Below the pieces are notes generated by a model. The model was not told where the DNA came from. It saw nothing but the letters and a program-made list of their open reading frames with translations, and made no database searches. Below are positions 1 to 6,902 of a stretch of DNA of 32,000 nucleotides, in pieces. Both the position numbers and the translations under genes were made by a program. The DNA comes from Candidatus Omnitrophota bacterium. GTDB taxonomy: Bacteria > Omnitrophota > Gorgyraeia > 2-01-FULL-45-10. Where the stretch lies: the NCBI GenBank assembly GCA_023818895.1, contig JAMWCX010000001.1, positions 673,692-705,691 of the forward strand, read 5' to 3'. Position 1 is the first letter of the stretch. The number at the start of each line of letters is the position of its first letter.

Positions 1-553
1 TAACGTAAGCCGAGTAAATGTCCTTCGCGTGGCCCATGGTGAGGTTTTCCTGCATCGTCATAAGGGCCTTGCGGGCTGTCATATCTTTTTTAATCTCTAT
101 CACATCGGTTGTCATAATGCTTCCGGCTGTGCCTTCTTTATATTTAAGGAGTGTTTTTACATTGTAGGCCTCTTCGCTTTTAAGCAGGTTTAAGAATTTT
201 TTCATCACTTTGGCGGGAAGGTCTTTGAAAAGTTTGGTCCTTTCGTCCGGCGCCATGTCATTCAATAACGACGAGACTTCCTCATTGTTAAGGTTATTTA
301 GAAGATAAGATTGATCTTCAAATCTCAAATCCTCAAAGACTTCCACAGCTTTTTTGGGCCCAAGAAGCTTGAAAATTATAATCCTCTCTTGCGGACTCAA
401 AAGACGCCATTCCTCTGCCATATCGATCGAATTAATAGTTCTCAGTATATCTTTCAGGTCAGCGAAATTCTTTGACGCGATCAATTCCTTTATTTCCGGA
501 AGAAAAAGCGATAAGACCCTGACTTTTTTCGAGTTATTCAACTGCGGCTGCAT
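1..553 (-). CDS. mgtE: Magnesium transporter MgtE, N-terminal portion only (CDS continues past the left window edge)
   Basis: Absent from the supplied ORF track because no stop lies in the window. My reverse-strand translation from the ATG at 551-553 is open to base 1: MQPQLNNSKKVRVLSLFLPEIKELIASKNFADLKDILRTINSIDMAEEWRLLSPQERIIIFKLLGPKKAVEVFEDLRFEDQSYLLNNLNNEEVSSLLNDMAPDERTKLFKDLPAKVMKKFLNLLKSEEAYNVKTLLKYKEGTAGSIMTTDVIEIKKDMTARKALMTMQ... This is the helical MgtE_N pattern followed by the start of the CBS pair (AGSIMTT). An in-frame GTG at 563-565 is an alternative start. Confidence 0.8.
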   Translation of the reverse strand, partial: MQPQLNNSKKVRVLSLFLPEIKELIASKNFADLKDILRTINSIDMAEEWRLLSPQERIIIFKLLGPKKAVEVFEDLRFEDQSYLLNNLNNEEVSSLLNDMAPDERTKLFKDLPAKVMKKFLNLLKSEEAYNVKTLLKYKEGTAGSIMTTDVIEIKKDMTARKALMTMQENLTMGHAKDIYSAYV

Positions 554-617
554 GATCTGCCCCACAATAATAATAGGTCATTGCCCGGTCAAAAAGTCCG
601 TAGACGCTGATTCGCGA

Positions 618-1121
618 TTATAGCCTTTTTCTGAATACGCTGACCATGAGCAGCGTCAACGCAAAAAGCGCCACGGCAAGGCCTATTCTCCTTTTATCTA
701 TACGTTCTTCTTTTCTGAACCCTCTCTCAATAACGGTTATCTTTATGCCGTGTATATCAAGTTCGCCTCCGTGGGCTGAACACGCCCTGCTGAAGACGCC
801 CTCAACCTCTACCACATCCCCTCGACACTTATAATCACCGAGGAAATGTATGTCTTTAAGAAGCGACGTTTTGCACCACACGCCGATGGCATTATATCCA
901 TCATAGACGTTAACCCATGAATAATCGCCACGTCCCATTATCGCGGCTATCACTTCGCCCCTATAGGTAAGAAGCTTGCCGTCCAGGAGTTTTGAGTTCT
1001 CTATAAGGTCCCTGCTAGTAAAAGACGCGGCGGTTGAGCAAAAAGAGTGGAGAGTGAAAATAAAAATTAAAATCAATACGACTTTTAACCGAAAATAATG
1101 AATCTGCCGTCCATCAATCAT
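618..1121 (-). CDS. Hypothetical membrane-anchored protein (N-terminal signal/TM helix, beta-rich Cys-containing middle, C-terminal TM helix)
   Basis: 167-aa ORF with a hydrophobic N-terminus (VVLILIFIFTLHSF) and C-terminus (IGLAVALFALTLLMVSVF). Its ATG overlaps the trkH stop (ATGA at 1118-1121), which suggests translational coupling. I recognised no family. Confidence 0.55.
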   Translation of the reverse strand: MIDGRQIHYFRLKVVLILIFIFTLHSFCSTAASFTSRDLIENSKLLDGKLLTYRGEVIAAIMGRGDYSWVNVYDGYNAIGVWCKTSLLKDIHFLGDYKCRGDVVEVEGVFSRACSAHGGELDIHGIKITVIERGFRKEERIDKRRIGLAVALFALTLLMVSVFRKRL

Positions 1122-2641
1122 CTTTTCCCCTTCAGCGTGGCAATGACAAGACCACCTAAAGTAAGTATGGCGATGAACTCAAGCCTGCCTGCCCACATCT
1201 GGAACATGTAAACGACCTTCAAAACAGCGGGCATGGATGGTGATGTAACGCCGCAGGAAAGCCCGACGTTGGCGGCCGCCGATACGGATTCGAAAGCGGC
1301 CTCGCTTAAGCTGTAGCCATAGAACATCGTTATTATAGCTCCAAATAGATAGAGCGCCGCGTAGGAAAGGAGTATCAGAGCGGCCATCCTAACATGCCTG
1401 TCTTCGAGTATCATGTCCTTTATGTGATGCAGTTTCTGGACCAAAACGGCGCTTTCAGGTATCAGTAACTTTTTTATATCCTGTCTTAGGGCTTTGTATA
1501 GTATTCCAAGGCGTAGCACCTTTATCGCGCCGGTGGTGGAACACATGCTTCCTCCAACGGCCATGGCAAGCGTCAACCCAAACATGCCAAGTTGCCCCCA
1601 CTCATTAACAAACTGCCTGGCGTAAAGCGTCGTATAACCTGTGCCGGTATGGCCAGAAAAAAGCTGATAGAATACCCTCCTGAAGAAAGGAACCGCATCG
1701 GGGTATACGAGACGGCTTGCCACCCCCCAAGCCGTTATGGAAAGCGTTACAAGTATACTCATGAAGAGCGTTATTATCTCAATATTTCTGTATATCTCCC
1801 TACGGTTGCCTGTCCAAAGAACATAATGCAGCGCGAAATTAATAGCACCCAGCATCATAAGAGATGTCGTAATAAGCTCGAAAGGAAAATTGTGATAGAA
1901 AAGGATATTCTGTGACTGTGGGGTGAAGCCACCTGTATCGAAAGCCGCCATAAACAAGCACACAGCATCAAAAGCGGCTTTCGCCGGCTTCAAGCCTCCG
2001 CATATACCGGCAATGGTAAGGGCGGCGCTGCCAAGCACAAGATACACCAAGCTCACAAGCCATATGAACCGCGCGGTCTCTATAACATTCGGCAGTATCC
2101 TCTCATCGCGCGCCTCCCCGACATACATCCTGAACGCCCCTGCCGAACCCTTGAACAGAAATGTTAGAGCTATCACTACTATGCCCTGGCCGCCGACGAA
2201 CATAGTGAGGTGCCGCCAGAAATTATACGAATTGGCCATGTGGTCAACATCTGATGTCAGAGTGAGGCCTGTGGTGGCATAACCGCTCATCGTCTCAAAA
2301 CACGCGTCAAGAAAACAACTGTAGTGACCGCTTAAGTATAAAGGAATAGCGGAAACGAACATCGCGGCTATCCATGAGAGCGCCGCCACACACATCGCAT
2401 GACTTGTTCCCATATCTTTTTTGGTATGGAACAGGCCTGAAAGCAATGTGCCTGCCAAAAGAGTCGCTCCCATGCTTAATAGAAAGTCGATCGCGGGCGC
2501 TATCTCACCGTAAATAAAAGCGATGGCAAGCGGAATTAGCATCAAAAGACCCAGTCCTATAGTTATCTTGCCGAGATAGTAGCCTATGATTTTGTAATCT
2601 TCGGTCGTGGGTTTTAATATCACGTGAATATACCCCACCAT
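1118..2641 (-). CDS. trkH: TrkH/KtrB-family K+ transporter membrane subunit
   Basis: 507-aa polytopic protein. It has four pore-loop-like glycine motifs typical of the TrkH/KtrB/HKT superfamily (MSGYATTGLT, FDTGGFTPQS, CSTTGAIKV, AAANVGLSCG) and lies directly downstream of two RCK/TrkA genes. Confidence 0.9.
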   Translation of the reverse strand: MVGYIHVILKPTTEDYKIIGYYLGKITIGLGLLMLIPLAIAFIYGEIAPAIDFLLSMGATLLAGTLLSGLFHTKKDMGTSHAMCVAALSWIAAMFVSAIPLYLSGHYSCFLDACFETMSGYATTGLTLTSDVDHMANSYNFWRHLTMFVGGQGIVVIALTFLFKGSAGAFRMYVGEARDERILPNVIETARFIWLVSLVYLVLGSAALTIAGICGGLKPAKAAFDAVCLFMAAFDTGGFTPQSQNILFYHNFPFELITTSLMMLGAINFALHYVLWTGNRREIYRNIEIITLFMSILVTLSITAWGVASRLVYPDAVPFFRRVFYQLFSGHTGTGYTTLYARQFVNEWGQLGMFGLTLAMAVGGSMCSTTGAIKVLRLGILYKALRQDIKKLLIPESAVLVQKLHHIKDMILEDRHVRMAALILLSYAALYLFGAIITMFYGYSLSEAAFESVSAAANVGLSCGVTSPSMPAVLKVVYMFQMWAGRLEFIAILTLGGLVIATLKGKR

Positions 2642-2760
2642 AAAATACAGACGGCGAACGCCGCGAAGATGAATAACACTGTCATGAGGACTTCGAGGCA
2701 GATGCCCATCACCCCGTTAAATATCGACCTTAAAAAATGCCTTATCGTGGGATTCGCCAT
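2620..2760 (-). CDS. Candidate 46-aa single-pass small membrane protein between trkA and trkH (below the ORF-track size cutoff)
   Basis: My translation is MANPTIRHFLRSIFNGVMGICLEVLMTVLFIFAAFAVCILWWGIFT*. The ATG (2758-2760) shares its A with the trkA TGA stop (TGATG). Its 3' end overlaps the trkH start by 22 nt. It has one clear hydrophobic helix. There is no homology evidence. Confidence 0.35.
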   Translation of the reverse strand: MANPTIRHFLRSIFNGVMGICLEVLMTVLFIFAAFAVCILWWGIFT

Positions 2761-3425
2761 CATTCTACCTTGCCGACGAGCGTGTCAAGAAGCTGCTGTT
2801 CGTTCTCGATCATGGTAAGGGCTATGATGTCATCTCCCTTTTTCAATACCGTATCGCCCTTAGGGACCACTATATTATCTCCGCGCAGGATTGAAACTAA
2901 GACCGAATTTTCCGGCAGGCTTATATCTTTCACTTGTTTATCAATGACCGGCGACTCAGCGGTGATATCCACCCTCACTAGAGCAAGCTTACCCCTTTTG
3001 AATGTCACAAGATTTATGAAATCCTCGAAAGACACTTCCTCTTCGATAATCTTGGCTATTATCTTGGTAGCGTTCACCGGCACATCAACACCTAACTCTG
3101 TAAAGATGTGCTCATTGTGGGGATTATTAACCCTCGAGACCGTCCGGCGCACGCCAAATACCTCCTTGGCAAGCTGGCATATTATAAGATTGTCTTCGTC
3201 ATCCGCCGTAACCGCGGCCACGACATCTGCCCTGCCGACCGCGGCGTCCTCCAAAAAACGCGGCTCACAGCCATCGCCGTTTATGACCAGCGCGTCTAGC
3301 GCCTGAGATATCCGTTCGCAACGCTGCGGATCTTTCTCGATAACGGTAACGGTGTGCTTATCCTGCACCAATTTCTGCGCGAGACTGAACCCTATCTTCC
3401 CTGCTCCTACAATGACTATGTACAT
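2760..3425 (-). CDS. trkA: Trk/Ktr system RCK-domain protein (half-size TrkA/KtrA-like), copy 1
   Basis: 221 aa. It has an N-terminal Rossmann motif (MYIVIVGAGKIG, TrkA_N) and a C-terminal TrkA_C-like segment (LPENSVLVSILRGDNIVVPKGDTVLKKGDDIIAL). A GAGGAG SD sits about 10 nt upstream. Confidence 0.9.
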   Translation of the reverse strand: MYIVIVGAGKIGFSLAQKLVQDKHTVTVIEKDPQRCERISQALDALVINGDGCEPRFLEDAAVGRADVVAAVTADDEDNLIICQLAKEVFGVRRTVSRVNNPHNEHIFTELGVDVPVNATKIIAKIIEEEVSFEDFINLVTFKRGKLALVRVDITAESPVIDKQVKDISLPENSVLVSILRGDNIVVPKGDTVLKKGDDIIALTMIENEQQLLDTLVGKVE

Positions 3426-3466
3426 AAAACTTGATCTCCTCAGATGCGCCTGGGCTACACGGCGAC

Positions 3467-4111
3467 TTATAATCTAAATATCTTCTTCACCTTGTCCAAA
3501 CTCGACGTTCTGACAACTCCCATCACCTTGTCATCCACCTCAAGCCTCGTATCCGGCTGCGGAATTATAACCCTTTTACGCCTCTCGATAACAGTTACGA
3601 GGAATTCATCGGGCATGTTTATCTCCTCCACCTTCCTACCCTTAAAGTCTTCTCCCACGACAAGCTCTATCACGCCAAGCTCACCTGTTTCCACCAGATA
3701 GCTGGTAAAACGGTTTTCTATTATCTTATCCCTCATCATGGCAGCCACAAGAGACGTGCCGCTTATGACGTCCAGGCCGAGCTTTCTGAATATATCAGCC
3801 CGTTTTGGGTCGTAGACACGCGCGATGACACGCGGTACTTTGAATATCTTCTTCGCTATCTGGCTAGCCATAAGGTTTGTGTTATCACCGCTGGTGACAG
3901 ACACAAAGGCATCCTGTTTTTCTATCTTGAGCTCCCTCAACAAACTCTCGTTAAAAGCGTTACCCGTCGCTGTGATACCGTTAAACGTGCCGCCAAGTCG
4001 CTTGAACGAATCAGGGTTTTTGTCAATTATTGTGACGTTATGGTCTTCCTGGGAAAGAAGAAGCGCAAGTTGTGAACCGACCCTACCGCATCCTATTATC
4101 ATGATATTCAT
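3467..4111 (-). CDS. trkA: Trk/Ktr system RCK-domain protein (half-size TrkA/KtrA-like), copy 2
   Basis: MNIMIIGCGRVGSQLA is a Rossmann motif, and the C-terminus is TrkA_C-like (MPDEFLVTVIERRKRVIIPQPDTRLEVDDKVMGV). The track starts at a TTG (4117). I prefer the ATG at 4109-4111, which lies 9 nt after a GGAGG. Confidence 0.88.
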   Translation of the reverse strand: MNIMIIGCGRVGSQLALLLSQEDHNVTIIDKNPDSFKRLGGTFNGITATGNAFNESLLRELKIEKQDAFVSVTSGDNTNLMASQIAKKIFKVPRVIARVYDPKRADIFRKLGLDVISGTSLVAAMMRDKIIENRFTSYLVETGELGVIELVVGEDFKGRKVEEINMPDEFLVTVIERRKRVIIPQPDTRLEVDDKVMGVVRTSSLDKVKKIFRL

Positions 4112-4223
4112 CGCCAATAACCTCCGAAAAGATATTTATCAATATATAATTCGTAAAGCATATTCGGTGATTTTCGTCTTTTGATAAACTTTGTGCGTCC
4201 AGGGCTCGACGAGCTCCTTTTTA

Positions 4224-4655
4224 CTATTTACTAACTCCCTTCACCGCCGCCACGCTGATCTTCCGTATATTCAGCTCGTTAATGACATCAAGCGCTGTCA
4301 CAACACTGTTGAACCGTGATGAGCTGTCAACTTTTAACATTACCGCTATCTCCGGATTATCTTTAATCCTTGATTTAAGCGCGTTTTTGAGGTTTCCGCG
4401 CGATACTTTCTCGTCGTTTATGAAATATTCCCCCTTCTTGTTTATCGCGAGAATAACCTTTTCTGAGCCTTCAAGGGCAATTACGCTCGATGCCTTCGGA
4501 AGTTTTACCTCTATCCTGGACATTCGAGTCTCGCTGAACGTGTAGAGGAGACTGAAAGATATAAAGAAGAATATGAACATATTAAGCACTATGTCCGTCA
4601 TCGCGACAGACTCAAGGGCTACAAGGTAATTCTTGGTGCCTTTAATGCTTATCAT
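4224..4655 (-). CDS. exbD: ExbD/TolR-family biopolymer transport protein
   Basis: 143 aa with a single N-terminal TM helix (MTDIVLNMFIFFFISF), then a VKLPKASS motif and a periplasmic domain. Its start abuts the exbB stop (4655/4656). Confidence 0.85.
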   Translation of the reverse strand: MISIKGTKNYLVALESVAMTDIVLNMFIFFFISFSLLYTFSETRMSRIEVKLPKASSVIALEGSEKVILAINKKGEYFINDEKVSRGNLKNALKSRIKDNPEIAVMLKVDSSSRFNSVVTALDVINELNIRKISVAAVKGVSK

Positions 4656-5270
4656 CTACTGCTTCCTCATCTCAGCCAAAACCTCTACAAGCCGCGTCGA
4701 TGCATCGTTCAGCTCATAAGATATATATTTTATCTTGGATATTATGAAATTGCAGATAAGATAATACGGCACAGCCACCGTAAGGCCCGCCGCGGTCGTG
4801 ATCATGGCCTCGTAAATGCCGGAGGCGAGCTGTGAAACCGTTATGGCGGAGCCGGCCCTCTCCCAAGCCATGAACGCCTTGATCAATCCAGTTATAGTAC
4901 CTAAAAAACCGAGAAGCGGTTCTATGCCTATTATTGATATAAGGCCGCCTATATGCTTTTCGAGAGAGTGGACCTGGCTGTTACCGGCCCGCTCAAGAGC
5001 CTTCTCAATCTCATGCGGGGCAAGATGCCTTTTCTCTATACCTGCCTTGAGCGTGGCGCCAAGCGGATAATTTGAGTACTTTTCGCATAGTTTTTTCGCT
5101 TCATCAAATTTTTTTTCGGCCACTTTCGATAAAACGGACGATGTAAAGTCCTCATAGTCCATCCGAATCCTGAAAAGCATCCAAAGCTTATCCAGTATTA
5201 TGGCAAGACCGAGCACCGAGCCGAGAAGTATCGCTATCATCACCGGCCCACCTTTTATCACCCAAAACAT
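4656..5270 (-). CDS. exbB: MotA/TolQ/ExbB-family proton channel
   Basis: 204 aa with three TM segments. The C-terminal signature SGIYEAMITTAAGLTVAVPYYLICNF is typical of the ExbB/TolQ family. Confidence 0.85.
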   Translation of the reverse strand: MFWVIKGGPVMIAILLGSVLGLAIILDKLWMLFRIRMDYEDFTSSVLSKVAEKKFDEAKKLCEKYSNYPLGATLKAGIEKRHLAPHEIEKALERAGNSQVHSLEKHIGGLISIIGIEPLLGFLGTITGLIKAFMAWERAGSAITVSQLASGIYEAMITTAAGLTVAVPYYLICNFIISKIKYISYELNDASTRLVEVLAEMRKQ

Positions 5271-5279
5271 ATCTTAATC

Positions 5280-5924
5280 CTATCCTTTCTTTAAAACAGC
5301 CCCAAACAGCATAAAAAGGCCTATTAGAGATATAGCCGCACCGCTCAGTTTTGGAATCAGATGCTCGGCCTTTTGGCCGTACCTGTTCCTAACCAACGTC
5401 AGTATGCCGCCTACTGCAAAACCAAACGGCAAAAGAGATATCATTGTTCCAAGACCGAAGACCGCCACCAGAAGGCCGCCGTACAACGCACTCTTCGTGG
5501 AAGCCGCCATAACTAATATAGCCATCTCTATGGGGCACGGCGGCAGACCCCTTATTATACCGAAAAGAAGCATCGAAATATCCCCTTTCAATCCGCCGAA
5601 ACCTTTTAGGTAACAATGCGATTCCAGTTGATGGGTGTGAGTAAAGACCAACATTCCGAAAGCCACTGTAAAAGAGGATGCGATTATCTCAAGGTGTTTT
5701 GAGAATTTGGCAAGGTATTGCGCCCCTATGAATCCAAAGACAACACCGAGAACTGTGTCGGCTATCATCATGCCCAGACCATACAAGAAGACAAGGAACA
5801 ATATCTTCTTCGTGCCCCTGCCCAATATGGTGGCATAGAGGCTTGCGACTGCTTTATCCTCGCACGGTTCAAGGACATGCAGAAGGCCTATAAAGAACGC
5901 TGATAACAAAGTAATATTATCCAT
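5280..5924 (-). CDS. Polytopic membrane protein, NicO/RcnA-like (or DsbD_2-like) putative metal transporter
   Basis: 214 aa. GLLHVLEPCEDK resembles the HALEPGHGK motif of Ni/Co transporters, and GLPPCPIEMAIL resembles the second G-x-x-PCP motif. It has a His-rich loop, FTHTHQLESH. The function assignment is tentative. Confidence 0.6.
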   Translation of the reverse strand: MDNITLLSAFFIGLLHVLEPCEDKAVASLYATILGRGTKKILFLVFLYGLGMMIADTVLGVVFGFIGAQYLAKFSKHLEIIASSFTVAFGMLVFTHTHQLESHCYLKGFGGLKGDISMLLFGIIRGLPPCPIEMAILVMAASTKSALYGGLLVAVFGLGTMISLLPFGFAVGGILTLVRNRYGQKAEHLIPKLSGAAISLIGLFMLFGAVLKKG

Positions 5925-5927
5925 CGT

Positions 5928-6530
5928 TTAAGCCGTTTTTTGTGCAAGAAAATACGCTATGCTGTCGACAAGGCCCTTACGTATCATCATAACGGCTATG
6001 GCCGCCAGGAGCAGGTGCGCTATCTTCGATACTGCCTTGGAACCCGCCCTACCCAGGATATTCGATATGTTATCGGCATATAAAAAAACGACCCACGTGA
6101 TAGCGAGATTGGCTATAAATGACGATACTGTTAGTAAAAGGCCATGGGTATCAACCATCATGACGATGGTGGTAAGGACAGCCGGACCAGTGACGAGCGG
6201 CGTGCCGATGGGAACAGCCCCCATTGTCTGGGCTGAAAGACGCGGCTGAGGCCCGCGCTGTAGGATATCTCTGAGCGCTATCGCCAAAAGAACCGAGCCG
6301 CCGGCTATCTTGAAATCGGATACCATGACGCCGAGAACCTTAAATATCCACGTTCCCAGAAACAGAAATATTATCCCGATTAGGAAGGCTGTAATCATCG
6401 ATTGAGTGATTATGCGGCGCTTTTCCCGCTTCTTGAGATGTTCCGTAAAAGCCAAATACATCGGCATGACGCCGATGGCGTCCATGGCTACAAATATTGG
6501 TATGAAGGAAAGAAGAAATGATTTTATCAT
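5928..6530 (-). CDS. MarC-family (UPF0056) integral membrane protein
   Basis: 200 aa. The N-terminus FLLSFIPIFVAMDAIGVMPMYLAFT and the internal FKIAGGSVLLAIAL match the MarC family pattern. Confidence 0.8.
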   Translation of the reverse strand: MIKSFLLSFIPIFVAMDAIGVMPMYLAFTEHLKKREKRRIITQSMITAFLIGIIFLFLGTWIFKVLGVMVSDFKIAGGSVLLAIALRDILQRGPQPRLSAQTMGAVPIGTPLVTGPAVLTTIVMMVDTHGLLLTVSSFIANLAITWVVFLYADNISNILGRAGSKAVSKIAHLLLAAIAVMMIRKGLVDSIAYFLAQKTA

Positions 6531-6548
6531 ATTATATAATTACATGAA

Positions 6549-6576
6549 ATTATATCATATAATCTCGCAAAAACAA
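6549..6576 (-). promoter_or_regulatory. Possible promoter upstream of the MarC-family gene
   Basis: The minus strand reads TTGTTT-N16-TATAAT, preceded by TGA (extended -10). It lies only about 18 nt before the ATG at 6530 and has no SD, so it would give a near-leaderless mRNA. That lowers confidence. Confidence 0.3.
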
Positions 6577-6606
6577 AGGGTATTGGCTCAGTTGCACAAA
6601 CAAATA

Positions 6607-6632
6607 GGGCCGAACTCATTCCGGTCCGGCCC
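6607..6632 (-). terminator. Putative rho-independent terminator after the DUF2934 gene
   Basis: A GC-rich hairpin gggccgaac...ccggtccggccc has a 6-bp perfect stem GGGCCG/CGGCCC plus 2 more pairs. On the minus strand it is followed by TATTTGTTTGTG. Confidence 0.45.
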
Positions 6633-6656
6633 CATCATCATTATGCCTAATGCAAC

Positions 6657-6842
6657 CTATTTGGAAAGCTTCCCCTTTATTATTCTCTCCGCCTCTAGCC
6701 AGTCGTCCAAGGCATGGCCACTTCTGCGGCCCCTCTTTTCATAAAGTTCATAGGCCTTTTTCGCTATGAGAGCGTTGAGATCTTCTTTGGACATGACAGG
6801 ATTGGATGACTTTCCTAATTTGAATGAGGGCGTTCTTGGCAT
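6657..6842 (-). CDS. DUF2934-domain small protein
   Basis: 61 aa. IAKKAYELYEKRGRRSGHALDDWLEAERII matches the DUF2934 signature (AYxLxExRG...DWxxAE). Confidence 0.7.
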   Translation of the reverse strand: MPRTPSFKLGKSSNPVMSKEDLNALIAKKAYELYEKRGRRSGHALDDWLEAERIIKGKLSK

Positions 6843-6902
6843 ATTTACCTCCTCCTTTCTTCTGGAATTTAAAGCGTAATCAATTATACATACAGAAAAG
6901 AA

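Noticed and set aside
554-617. An M-box (Mg2+) riboswitch upstream of mgtE, or a c-di-AMP/ydaO-type riboswitch upstream of the trk operon (4112-4223).
   Set aside because: The gaps are only 64 nt and ~110 nt, too short for these elements. I could not see their conserved helices. mgtE here appears to be co-transcribed with the upstream genes.
354-623. An 89-aa plus-strand ORF from the track at the left end.
   Set aside because: It lies antisense to an uninterrupted reading frame with an unmistakable MgtE N-domain/CBS pattern. Its own translation is low-complexity with no recognisable features.
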